Source: a virus
Taxonomy: Duplodnaviria > Caudoviricetes
IMG/VR virus record: IMGVR_UViG_3300025543_000033
Location: 1 to 54,635 of that record
DNA length: 54,635 nucleotides
Strand: one strand, 5' to 3'
The notes beneath the pieces are model-generated. The model searched no databases. It had not been told where the DNA came from and was given only the letters and a program-made list of their open reading frames with translations. Each line of letters starts with the position of its first letter. Position 1 is the first letter of the stretch. Below, piece after piece: positions 38,503 through 48,077 of the stretch. A program made the position numbers and the translations under genes.

Positions 38503-39210
38503 ATGGGATTTTTAGACAATACAAGTATAACAGTAGATGCTATCTTAACAAAAAAAGGTCGTGAACTTTTGTCAAGAGGGCAAAATGAATTTAAAATTAC
38601 AAAGTTTGCATTAGCAGACGACGAAGTAGATTACAATCTATGGGATACATCACACCCAAATGGTTCAAACTATTATGGGGCAGTGATTGAAAATATGCCT
38701 TTGTTAGAGGCTTTCGTAGATGAAAATCAATTGATGAGATATAAGTTAACTACACTTCCAAAAGAAACTGTAAAACTTCCTATCTTGGAAATACCAAGTC
38801 CTTCATTAACTTTCAATGGAGCTGGTATTACACAAACCGTAACACCTAACACAAGAAATGGAGTTGATACATCATATACATTTACATTGTTTAATTCAGA
38901 TGTAGCTAACTTAACATTGACAGGTGCAGGTTCATCAACAACTTCAACAAATCCAAACAGACCAGCACCAAGAAGAAATCTTGATTTATTTGATGAAAGT
39001 GAATTAAGTGCAATTAGAGGTGCAACAACACCAGTATTTACCAATGACTCAGAACAAAAACGTTCTATTACACTCGTTGGTAGAAGTGTGAGAGTAATCT
39101 CAAGGTCATTAACAACACAAACAAATACTAACTTGTCCGTAACTGGTAATCAGTCTGGTGCACAATTCACCATATCACTTACCGTAAATGCTGACCCATC
39201 AAAAGTTTAA
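38503..39210 (+). CDS. Baseplate/tail-collar-type structural protein
   Basis: DAILTKKGRELL..ITKFALADDEVDY. Confidence 0.7.
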   Translation: MGFLDNTSITVDAILTKKGRELLSRGQNEFKITKFALADDEVDYNLWDTSHPNGSNYYGAVIENMPLLEAFVDENQLMRYKLTTLPKETVKLPILEIPSPSLTFNGAGITQTVTPNTRNGVDTSYTFTLFNSDVANLTLTGAGSSTTSTNPNRPAPRRNLDLFDESELSAIRGATTPVFTNDSEQKRSITLVGRSVRVISRSLTTQTNTNLSVTGNQSGAQFTISLTVNADPSKV

Positions 39211-39220
39211 GGAGTAGATA

Positions 39221-40255
39221 ATGGCATTTCAAATATTTAGTCAAGACGATATCGTATCAAACCAAAAGACAACTATATCAAGTGGTTTGTGGAGTGGTGG
39301 TAGTTCTACTTTAACTTCATTTTATACTCAATCTACAAATGGAAACATAACAGGTTCATTTTTAGAACTATACAATGAAGACCCAAATCTATCAAGTTCA
39401 GCAGAAGTTCAATTTTCATTGGGATATGCTCATATTGACGGAAGTGGTTCAGCAGGAAACACCACTAAATTAACAACAGGTGGTAGACAAACTGCAGCAC
39501 TTTATAGTCAGTTTAGAAATGTTTTGTTAGCTCCTAACACAACACATTTTAATTTTACTTCTTCACCAACAGCATCAGGTGATAAAGACTTTTACTTTAT
39601 TTCGTTCCAAAGAGCAAGACAAAGAGAAAAGATTGACCCAGGTAATTGGGAATTACATTTATCAGGATTGATGCCAGCAGCTGGTAAAGATAGTAAAATA
39701 AAACTTATTGACGATAGTGGAGCAACTACAAATCCAAGTGTAAATCAAGGTGGTCGTGTCTTTAATGTTGTGAGTGGAACTATTGCAGACGGAATTGCAA
39801 CCACAGCAGCAAATGAAGTTAACGAAGGTTCATATGGATTATTTTACCCTGATTTAGGTATTATTTTATTAAACGCACCGAAGGCAGAAGTTAGTGGTGG
39901 TTTAGGAACATTTGGAAGAAGTGCAGATGCATTTGACAATAGACCACAGGCTTTCTATAACGCTATTGTTTCTGGTTCAAGTTTCCAAGCTCGTCGTGAA
40001 GAAGAAATTAGTTCAACAAATTATTTTGTTCGTGTAAATAACAAATCATTTAATTTTAGTTCTAATCCAACTTATGCAACAGCATCAGATGGTTCTTTGA
40101 CACAAGCTACTTTCTATAAAGACCCTAAAACCTTTATTACACAGGTAGGACTTTATAATGATTCAAATGAATTGTTGGCGATTGCTAAGTTATCAAAACC
40201 AATATTAAAATCATATTCAAGGGAAGCTATTATTAAAGTGAAACTTGATTTTTAG
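39221..40255 (+). CDS. Baseplate/tail structural protein
   Basis: C-terminal FITQVGLYNDSNELLAIAKLSKPI..VKLDF. Confidence 0.7.
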   Translation: MAFQIFSQDDIVSNQKTTISSGLWSGGSSTLTSFYTQSTNGNITGSFLELYNEDPNLSSSAEVQFSLGYAHIDGSGSAGNTTKLTTGGRQTAALYSQFRNVLLAPNTTHFNFTSSPTASGDKDFYFISFQRARQREKIDPGNWELHLSGLMPAAGKDSKIKLIDDSGATTNPSVNQGGRVFNVVSGTIADGIATTAANEVNEGSYGLFYPDLGIILLNAPKAEVSGGLGTFGRSADAFDNRPQAFYNAIVSGSSFQARREEEISSTNYFVRVNNKSFNFSSNPTYATASDGSLTQATFYKDPKTFITQVGLYNDSNELLAIAKLSKPILKSYSREAIIKVKLDF

Positions 40256-40264
40256 GACACTCTA

Positions 40265-41245
40265 ATGTTCAAAAATCTTGACCCACAAGACATATCAAAA
40301 AAGTCGTTTAGAACTTTCAAAAACTTCACTTTTGACAACAACGATAGTGGAAGTGGTGTGTTTGCCATTACTGCTCGTTCAGGTTCAAAATACAATTATG
40401 TAAGTTCATCAGATGTCGTAACGACAATCACAACCGGTTCAGTATCAACTAATTACTTTGCATATCCAACATATGCAATGTTACATAATTTATACTATTC
40501 ACAACACGGACGAGTATATGTTCGTTCCGGTTCACAAAACAGAAATCTACACGACTCAGCATCTATCGTTAGTGTTGCAAGAAATATTTACGGAGAACAA
40601 ATCAAACCAGGTTCAATTAAATTAACTGCAACAATCGGTGGTGTTGAATATGAATTAAATGATGACGGAGACGGAAATCTATATGATGAAGATTATTCAG
40701 CAAGCTTCTCAACATTTAAAACAAACTTTTTTAAAAGTGGTAGTTCAACAACTGCAGCAACTCTCGGTAGTGGTTCAGAAGTAGGTAATGTTTTTTACAA
40801 ACAAGGTTTAATCGTATTAACTGACACAGGTTCTTACACAAAAGATTTAACCAACTATACTTTAAAATATCAAGCACAACACACTCATTACGAATATGAA
40901 TATCGTGTAGTGGTAAAACCAAATGAATTTAACAAATCTACAAATATCAGTTTAACACCCGATAGAAGTGGAAGTCAAACAATTGCATTAGGTGCAGTAT
41001 CAATGTCAAGTTTCTTTCCACCAAGTCATTTACCAACAGGTCAAGGAACAGGTAGTTATGCATTATTTTACAATGCTGCAACCGAATCAGTAGCTTTTGT
41101 AACTGAATCTACTTTTAGACCTTATGTTTCTGATATAGGTTTGTATAGTGAAAATGGAGAATTATTGGCTCACGGAAAACTTGCTAAACCAATTAAATTA
41201 TCTAACGAATTATCTACAACTTTTGTCGTTAGATTTGATGTCTAA
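40265..41245 (+). CDS. Baseplate/tail structural protein, paralog of previous gene
   Basis: IKPGS, DDGDGNL, YVSDIGLYSENGELLAHGKLAKPI..VRFDV. Confidence 0.7.
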   Translation: MFKNLDPQDISKKSFRTFKNFTFDNNDSGSGVFAITARSGSKYNYVSSSDVVTTITTGSVSTNYFAYPTYAMLHNLYYSQHGRVYVRSGSQNRNLHDSASIVSVARNIYGEQIKPGSIKLTATIGGVEYELNDDGDGNLYDEDYSASFSTFKTNFFKSGSSTTAATLGSGSEVGNVFYKQGLIVLTDTGSYTKDLTNYTLKYQAQHTHYEYEYRVVVKPNEFNKSTNISLTPDRSGSQTIALGAVSMSSFFPPSHLPTGQGTGSYALFYNAATESVAFVTESTFRPYVSDIGLYSENGELLAHGKLAKPIKLSNELSTTFVVRFDV

Positions 41246-41266
41246 ACCCCACTTTTAACCCAATCT

Positions 41267-41275
41267 TATATTTAT
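41267..41275 (+). promoter_or_regulatory. Putative late promoter of the envelope-protein operon
   Basis: CTTATATTTATT. Confidence 0.7.
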
Positions 41276-41303
41276 TATTGACAAAAACTCAACGGAGAAC
41301 ACA

Positions 41304-44153
41304 ATGTTTCGTTCATTAAAAACAATGGTTATGTCATTAGTGATGTTTGGTTTTGCCTTTGGTCAAACACCAATCATTAGAGTAAAACAATTAGGTAGTT
41401 GGTCTACACCAGCAATGTGGTGGAAAGACTCAGTTACACAAAATTTAGATACATTTCTAGCACAAGATGTTAATAATCCAGCATACGATAATAATAATTT
41501 TGATATCTGGAGAGATAAAATCTTAGAAATGGAAGTCACATTAGATGATAATGGTGCAGATATTACTGCACTTAGATTTGATATTGCCTTTGATAACGAT
41601 TTAATCACTTGGGTAGAATCAGGTGAAACATCAATTAACGCTTGGTCACAAGGAGATTCCAAAGTTGTTAAAGGAGGTTACATTGATAGTTGGACAGAAG
41701 GTGATGAATCATCAGGTGCCGATTATTCTTTTGAAGTAGTTCATTATGCAAACACCGGTTATCAAGATTCATTAGCCGTTGGAACATCAGAAACTTTATA
41801 TGAAGAAAGTATTTCTGACAACAGATACGATTGGTTGAGAATCACTATGGTTTCTCACGGAGTTGATGCCGATTCCGACGGAACACCAGATTATACTTTT
41901 GGTAATGGTGATGGAACTCAAACACAAGTAATAAAATTATATTTTAAAATCAATGATGTCGTTGATGACTTCGCACCAAGAGCATTTAGAATACCAACAT
42001 TTTACAATGGTTCATCAGGTTATTACACTTACGCTTCTGATGATTATTTATTAGATTATAAAGTTTACATAGACGGAAATTGGGGAGATTCATATACAAG
42101 TGAAAGAACTTATAATGGTGGTGCAAGAGGAGATATCACACTTCACCCGAAACTTGTAGACATTGAAGGATATATGAGATACATTGGAGAATACGACGGA
42201 ACAAATGCATTCTCACGAAACAAATATCCATTTATGAAAGTTCGTTTTGAAGTAGATGAAACCAATCCAGATAACCTTTCTAATTGGAGAAACATAAGAG
42301 ATATTAATTATCCAACAAGTTTAACAGACGAATCTCTAAATGATGATGTTATGGGGACTTACGACGAATACGGAACATTTGCATTAGGGTATCAACATAT
42401 GAGATACTATGAACAAAATGCCGGAACAACCGGAGACCAAAAAATTCAAAATCAAGGGTTTAAAGATGTAAGTTATTGGTATTGGACATACACAGATGAT
42501 AAAGGATATTTTAATATATCGTTACCACGAAACAACAGATATCGTGTATCGTTCTGGCCACCAGACGACGGAGATGTCGTTGGAGACCACACAACTTATT
42601 TATTAGATAGAGGTGCAATCACTAATATCAATGACGCTATTGCATCATTTAATTTTCAATCCAACAAATACGAAAACTCAAATGATATTGATGTCGCAAC
42701 ACCAAGTGCATATTTAATCGGTGATGTAGACGGAGATGATGTATTCCAATTAAACGATACATATTTCTTATGGGCATACACATCAGGAGTGTTTGACAAT
42801 ACCTATACACACACCAATGGTGAAACTTATCAATCTTGGGCATCCATAGATAATTTAAAATCTAACGGAACATCAGAAACTTTAAATTATTATCAAGCAT
42901 ATGATGGAGTCACAAAAAACCAAAGACGAGAGTTCAGTATATTTGTTGATGATGATTTAGCACAAGAAACCACAACACTAACACAAGATGCTGGTGGTGT
43001 GATTTATTTAAATCCATTAATGGACGAAGTTCAAACAGGTTTGGATACATTGAGTATTAAGATTGGAGCAGGTAGTTCTACATTTGGAAATGATGTAAAC
43101 CCAGATTATTTATTTAAAACAACTGATGCTTCTAAACAAGTAGATATCATTGGAACTGATAATGATTCAGATATCGGATATTACTTTACAGGTGATATGA
43201 ATTTAACAGGTGTTAAAGTTGATTCAAGTGGAACAGCAATAACACCAACACTTGACGGAACAACATATTATCGTTGGGGTAATGGGACACCACCGAGTGA
43301 ATGGGCAAGAACTCAAGAAATGAAAAACTTCTTAGCCAAGACTGATGTGTTCTTAACTTTACCAGCAGATTCAACAGTAAAAGTTCAAGCAGGTAATCAA
43401 GTTGTAGTTCCACTAACCATTACACCAAGTGTTGATGAGATAAGTGGAGAACCTACAAAGATTGCAGGATTTGAGTTTGAAGTGAAATACAACACTAATG
43501 AACTACACTTTGTAGATGCTCAAACAGGACTTTTACCTGGCCCTTGGATGACTTATGTAAATGAAAGTGAAGTTGATGAACAAGGATACAAAACTTTATC
43601 ATTTGGTGGTATGGACAACTCACCAAACAATGCACCAAGAGATTATTACATCACAGAAGAAATGGTCGCATTACAATTAGTTTTCCAAGCAGACTTTCCA
43701 GATACCGAGTGGACAGAAGCAGATTTAACTTTTGTCGGTAAGGCAAACGCTGGTAATCCAAACGGAGATGATTTGGTAATGGAAAGAAATGACGGAAAGA
43801 TTTTAGTTTGGAATAAATATTGGGCATTCGGTGGTGGACAACCAACAGAAGACGAAATGACCTATGTTTATCCAAATCCATTTAAACAAAGAACAAACTT
43901 CCAATTCTTTATGGAACAAGAAGGTAATGTAAAGATTAGTATTTACAATATCGTAGGACAAAGAATTGGTGTCGTATTAGATGAAGTCGTAGGACAAGGT
44001 ATTCATACATTTGACTTCACAAATGAACCAAGTGTTTGGTTACCAGAAGTATCAGTTTATGAAGGATACGAAGTTCTTGAACCAGGTATTTATATCTTTG
44101 TTATGGAAACAGGTAGTAGAATTAAATCCAAGAAATTTACAGTATTAAAATAG
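41304..44153 (+). CDS. Secreted cohesin/dockerin protein with T9SS type-A sorting-like C-terminal domain
   Basis: Signal peptide ..AFG-Q; cohesin-like ITALRFDIAFDNDLI and VVVPL..IAGFEFEVKYN; dockerin-like IGDVDGDDVFQLND; CTD VYPNPF..ISIYNIVGQ..LEPGIYIF..KKFTVLK. Confidence 0.82.
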   Translation: MFRSLKTMVMSLVMFGFAFGQTPIIRVKQLGSWSTPAMWWKDSVTQNLDTFLAQDVNNPAYDNNNFDIWRDKILEMEVTLDDNGADITALRFDIAFDNDLITWVESGETSINAWSQGDSKVVKGGYIDSWTEGDESSGADYSFEVVHYANTGYQDSLAVGTSETLYEESISDNRYDWLRITMVSHGVDADSDGTPDYTFGNGDGTQTQVIKLYFKINDVVDDFAPRAFRIPTFYNGSSGYYTYASDDYLLDYKVYIDGNWGDSYTSERTYNGGARGDITLHPKLVDIEGYMRYIGEYDGTNAFSRNKYPFMKVRFEVDETNPDNLSNWRNIRDINYPTSLTDESLNDDVMGTYDEYGTFALGYQHMRYYEQNAGTTGDQKIQNQGFKDVSYWYWTYTDDKGYFNISLPRNNRYRVSFWPPDDGDVVGDHTTYLLDRGAITNINDAIASFNFQSNKYENSNDIDVATPSAYLIGDVDGDDVFQLNDTYFLWAYTSGVFDNTYTHTNGETYQSWASIDNLKSNGTSETLNYYQAYDGVTKNQRREFSIFVDDDLAQETTTLTQDAGGVIYLNPLMDEVQTGLDTLSIKIGAGSSTFGNDVNPDYLFKTTDASKQVDIIGTDNDSDIGYYFTGDMNLTGVKVDSSGTAITPTLDGTTYYRWGNGTPPSEWARTQEMKNFLAKTDVFLTLPADSTVKVQAGNQVVVPLTITPSVDEISGEPTKIAGFEFEVKYNTNELHFVDAQTGLLPGPWMTYVNESEVDEQGYKTLSFGGMDNSPNNAPRDYYITEEMVALQLVFQADFPDTEWTEADLTFVGKANAGNPNGDDLVMERNDGKILVWNKYWAFGGGQPTEDEMTYVYPNPFKQRTNFQFFMEQEGNVKISIYNIVGQRIGVVLDEVVGQGIHTFDFTNEPSVWLPEVSVYEGYEVLEPGIYIFVMETGSRIKSKKFTVLK

Positions 44154-44162
44154 GATAACATT

Positions 44163-45008
44163 ATGAAGAAATTATTAATATTATTATTAACAGGTATGTT
44201 GTTTGGACAAGCAAACAATGTCTTTACAATCAATCCAAGTATATCAAGTGCAGGACAAGGTAATACAGGTATCGGTGATTTTAATTCCGATAATCTATTT
44301 CACAATCCAGCATTTGTTGTGGATAATCAATCAGTAGATTTTTCATATGTTGCTTGGTTACCAAACTTAGTTGATGATTTAGGATACTTTAATCTACAAT
44401 ACACTTCTGGTCAATGGGGTGTAGAAGTATTTCACTTTGATTATGGTTCTCAATTAGAAGCAAATGAAGGTGGAGTAATCTTAGGTGAGTTCAATTCTAC
44501 ATCAACAAGACTTGGTGTTTCTTATGGACACGAACTTTGGAATTGGAACTTAGGATATAGATTTAATATTCTGAATCACAATTTTTATCATACCAATGGT
44601 AGTTCCAATGGATACACTTTTGATGTCGGTGCTTACAAAACATTCAACGATACAAATGTAGGTTTGGTATTGAAAAACATTGGAATACAAAAAGAATTTG
44701 AAGACGATAAAGTAACATTACCAACATCATTAGGATTAGGTGTAAAACAATCTTTTGGTGATTTTCATTTATTGTCAGACTTAACAATGTATCAAGATTA
44801 TTTAACTTATGGTTTGGGTGGTAAATATGAACTTGGATTAGCATCTTTAAAGTTCGGTATGTATTCTGAACCAGATTTTGATGTAAATTATTTTACCTTT
44901 GGGGGTGGAATCAAAACAGATTATATTAACATAGATGTAGCTTATCTATTCAACAACGATAGTGTTCACAATCAAACACTTATGTTGTCGTTTGGATTTG
45001 ACTTATAA
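44163..45008 (+). CDS. porV: PorV/PorQ-family outer-membrane beta-barrel
   Basis: Signal peptide; FTINPS..SAGQGNTG..LFHNPA..FSYVAWLPNLVDD matches PorV plug pattern; C-terminal SFGFDL. Confidence 0.75.
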   Translation: MKKLLILLLTGMLFGQANNVFTINPSISSAGQGNTGIGDFNSDNLFHNPAFVVDNQSVDFSYVAWLPNLVDDLGYFNLQYTSGQWGVEVFHFDYGSQLEANEGGVILGEFNSTSTRLGVSYGHELWNWNLGYRFNILNHNFYHTNGSSNGYTFDVGAYKTFNDTNVGLVLKNIGIQKEFEDDKVTLPTSLGLGVKQSFGDFHLLSDLTMYQDYLTYGLGGKYELGLASLKFGMYSEPDFDVNYFTFGGGIKTDYINIDVAYLFNNDSVHNQTLMLSFGFDL

Positions 45009-45019
45009 GGAGAAACAAA

Positions 45020-45424
45020 ATGGCAAAAAATCAAATAGATGCGGAATCATTGGTAGATAATCTACAAAACGCAAAGTTTGGATTATCAATTCAAAATATC
45101 GTTGCACTCGTAACTGTATTATCATCTTTAATCGCAGGTTGGTATACTTTTACAGGTCGTATTGATGCTTTGGAAGAAGTAGTTCAAGGATTTGCAGAAG
45201 CATCAGACATTGAATTAGTTGGACAAAAGTTAGACGGATTTGAAAAACAAATCGACTACCTTACAGAAAAGATTGATTCATATGAAGGTGTAGATTTATC
45301 AGATATCAAAGGTGATATTGCTGGATTAAAAGGTGATGTAAAATCTTTCAATAATGCTATCAAAGCACTTGATACCAAGATTGAAGAATTTCACGGAGAC
45401 CCATTAGCAAAGTTTAAAAAATAA
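45020..45424 (+). CDS. TM plus coiled-coil protein
   Basis: IVALVTVLSSLIAGW then heptads; ends DPLA. Confidence 0.75.
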   Translation: MAKNQIDAESLVDNLQNAKFGLSIQNIVALVTVLSSLIAGWYTFTGRIDALEEVVQGFAEASDIELVGQKLDGFEKQIDYLTEKIDSYEGVDLSDIKGDIAGLKGDVKSFNNAIKALDTKIEEFHGDPLAKFKK

Positions 45425-45561
45425 TGGACTTCTTTAAAAATAAATCAGCAAAAATTGAACTGATACAAGCAAAATTAAAACAACCAAACCTTTCATTAAA
45501 AGAAAGATTAATCTTAATGGTCAAACTAATGATGTTAGGATTTGGAAAACAAGATAGTTAG
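45424..45561 (+). CDS. 45-aa protein (not in ORF track)
   Basis: TAATG coupling; MDFFKNKSAKIELIQAKLKQPNLSLKERLILMVKLMMLGFGKQDS. Confidence 0.5.
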   Translation: MDFFKNKSAKIELIQAKLKQPNLSLKERLILMVKLMMLGFGKQDS

Positions 45562-45571
45562 GAGTAGAAAT

Positions 45572-46264
45572 ATGAAACATTTATTCAATGTGGTTTTATG
45601 TTTGTTTTTGTTAAATTGTGCAACAACTGCTCAAACCGCAAAAACAAAAGTACAATCTAAAATAGCATCATATGAGGCAGAAAAAACCTTAGATGATATT
45701 AAATGGTATGATGGGGAACCAGAAGGAATTCAGTTAATTCAGATTTCTATTCCACAGACTATCATTAATCAATACCCAGAACTTCGTGACAAAAGAGTAG
45801 GATTTGGTGTAACCAATCGTATCATTGAAGTCTTGGAAGAAGCAGGACGATTTTACTTTGTGGAAGAAAAAGACGAAGTGTTAAATAAAATCGTTCAAGA
45901 GTGGGAAAGAAGTGTTGATGGATTGTTAGACCAAGAATTAAATGTCGGAACATTTGCAACAACTAAATGGTTTGCTTATGCAGAAATCTATGATTTCGCA
46001 GTATCTTCATCAGAAGAAATTCAAAAGAGAAAAGCAAAATTAACCGATACCACAATGGTTGGTGTTCAAGTTCGTTTAGTTAATGTAGAAACCGGTAAGT
46101 ATATAACAGGTAGTGGATTAGGAACTTCATCAAAAGAAGGTGAAGGTTTATTGAAAAACCTTGATATGTCTTTTGACCAATCTACTGTTTCATTTGCAAC
46201 AACAGGTGCAGTCATTACAGCAGTGGCTAATGTGTTGAGAAGAATGGAAAAAAGAGGTTGGTAA
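45572..46264 (+). CDS. CsgG/HfaB-like lipoprotein
   Basis: AGGAG RBS at ATG 45572; LLNC lipobox; GRFYFVE, VGVQVRLVNVETGKY. Confidence 0.75.
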   Translation: MKHLFNVVLCLFLLNCATTAQTAKTKVQSKIASYEAEKTLDDIKWYDGEPEGIQLIQISIPQTIINQYPELRDKRVGFGVTNRIIEVLEEAGRFYFVEEKDEVLNKIVQEWERSVDGLLDQELNVGTFATTKWFAYAEIYDFAVSSSEEIQKRKAKLTDTTMVGVQVRLVNVETGKYITGSGLGTSSKEGEGLLKNLDMSFDQSTVSFATTGAVITAVANVLRRMEKRGW

Positions 46265-46269
46265 AATGA

Positions 46270-47256
46270 ATGAAATGGTTACTCACTATATTATTATTAG
46301 GTAGTCTTTACGGACAAGGTTTTGGATATAATTACATTGACCCTTGTAATCAACAAGCAGTCAATCTAAATTACAAAACCGAGATTACTGAAAAAGGATT
46401 TTGGGTAACTTATTATAATCAAAGAAGATTTTTTACCTTTCAACAAGTTGTTGATGGAACACTACAAAATTGGACACAACAAGTTTATAGTGATTTTGAA
46501 AAACTATTTCCTTGTGCGGTCAATGTAGCAGAAGAAGCATTGGCATCTGCCACATCATTAAATGTAGCAGGTGAATTGGAAGAAGATTCCGAAGAAGATA
46601 TATCGGCATCTGAACCAAGTTTTGTCGGTGGAGATATCGTCAATACATTTTATAGTTATGGTTTAGTTACTTCGTTGAACTCAGTTTATACTGAAGAAAA
46701 CTTTGACTTAACCAAAGAAATGAACTATACAATGAATATTACTTTGGACTTGAAAAAAGTATTAGGATTGTATGGTAGAAGTAATAAGTTTAGAGATAAA
46801 AATCAGAATGCATTTTGGAATGCAGGACTTCTCTATTATAGAACTTTTGAAGGAAGTGATTGGTTAATCACAGGTAATTACGGAAAAGTAATTCGTAATG
46901 ATATCAATGAAGTTGGACTATTGAGTTCATCTTTTGGACAAATATCTAAGTTACCTTTCTTCAATGTGAATATGATGTATGGATATCGGTATCCAATCAA
47001 GTTCAATAAAAATAGTTTAAACTTACAAACTTTCGTAAGTTATACAATTTTTAGATATTATGAAGGATTAAAAACCGATACAAAATATTTATTATTAGAA
47101 AGTCCGATATTAATTTATCCAGGCCTAAATATAGATTTTAATCTTACGAGAACTTTTAAGATTAATTTAGGTTTTTACGTTGGATACAACACTTTGGTAA
47201 ATGATTTAGGAGAACGAAACATAAGTTATTCCATAGTATTTGGAACAAACTTTTAA
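46270..47256 (+). CDS. Secreted protein with C-terminal outer-membrane beta-barrel
   Basis: Signal peptide; YNYIDPC N-terminal domain; alternating aromatic strands; ends SIVFGTNF. Confidence 0.68.
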   Translation: MKWLLTILLLGSLYGQGFGYNYIDPCNQQAVNLNYKTEITEKGFWVTYYNQRRFFTFQQVVDGTLQNWTQQVYSDFEKLFPCAVNVAEEALASATSLNVAGELEEDSEEDISASEPSFVGGDIVNTFYSYGLVTSLNSVYTEENFDLTKEMNYTMNITLDLKKVLGLYGRSNKFRDKNQNAFWNAGLLYYRTFEGSDWLITGNYGKVIRNDINEVGLLSSSFGQISKLPFFNVNMMYGYRYPIKFNKNSLNLQTFVSYTIFRYYEGLKTDTKYLLLESPILIYPGLNIDFNLTRTFKINLGFYVGYNTLVNDLGERNISYSIVFGTNF

Positions 47257-47265
47257 GGAGTAAAA

Positions 47266-47565
47266 ATGAAACGACTATTGATATTATTATTTATGATTCC
47301 ATTAATGGCACAATCCATTAATGATACTGATGAAGCTAAACAAGAGTATAAAGAATCAGTTATGGAACAAGAACAAATGCGTCAAGAAAAATTTAATAAA
47401 CAAAAAGAATTACGCAGAAAACAACAAGTTGATGAAATGATGTTGAGAATGAAAATGAAAGAAAAGAAAAGAAATCAAATCATCAAGAAAAAAATTAGAA
47501 AAGAAAGAATTAGAACATTTATTCTCGGATTGGGAATAGGATATGCAATAGGAGACAACAAATGA
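47266..47565 (+). CDS. Signal-peptide protein, charged helix, C-terminal hydrophobic GxGxG segment
   Basis: MKRLLILLFMIPLMA-Q; FILGLGIGYAIG. Confidence 0.7.
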   Translation: MKRLLILLFMIPLMAQSINDTDEAKQEYKESVMEQEQMRQEKFNKQKELRRKQQVDEMMLRMKMKEKKRNQIIKKKIRKERIRTFILGLGIGYAIGDNK

Positions 47566-48077
47566 AAAAACTATGGTCAATCATATTACTATGTGGAGTA
47601 GTATTTGCACAATTACCACAACCAACAATGGTTGGACAAGATGATTTGAAAGTTCCTACTTTGTCAATTAACAATTTTGTTAATCAAGCAGAGATTCAAG
47701 GTTTAGAAGATAGTCGTATTTTCTTAGGGATTACCAATATACTAACTGAAAATGTAATGGATTCAAGATATGAATTAGTAGACTTTGATTCAGATTTTGA
47801 ATTGACTGCACGAGTAGTTTATTTAGGTAGACCAAGAAAGTCTGCAACTATCTTAGGATTATTTAGAACAGAATCCACTACAACAGAAGTTCGTGTTGTG
47901 GTTGAACTATTGAATAGAAAAACAGGTAAAATAGTAACTGGTAATGGTATCGGAACAATAGATAAAGTAATCAGTTCCACAGGGTTTCAAATAAATGAAG
48001 ATTTACCTTTTGATAGAAGTGAACTTGGTGGAGCACTTAAAGAGGCAATAGGTAATGCAGTTCAGGACATCTTATAA
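47562..48077 (+). CDS. Second CsgG-like periplasmic protein
   Basis: Signal peptide; GITNILTE, TEVRVVVELLNRKTGKIVTGNG..FDRS parallels 45572 protein. Confidence 0.6.
   Translation: MKKLWSIILLCGVVFAQLPQPTMVGQDDLKVPTLSINNFVNQAEIQGLEDSRIFLGITNILTENVMDSRYELVDFDSDFELTARVVYLGRPRKSATILGLFRTESTTTEVRVVVELLNRKTGKIVTGNGIGTIDKVISSTGFQINEDLPFDRSELGGALKEAIGNAVQDIL

Noticed and set aside
45572-48077. Canonical curli operon
   Set aside because: No CsgA/B repeat proteins and no recognisable CsgE/F
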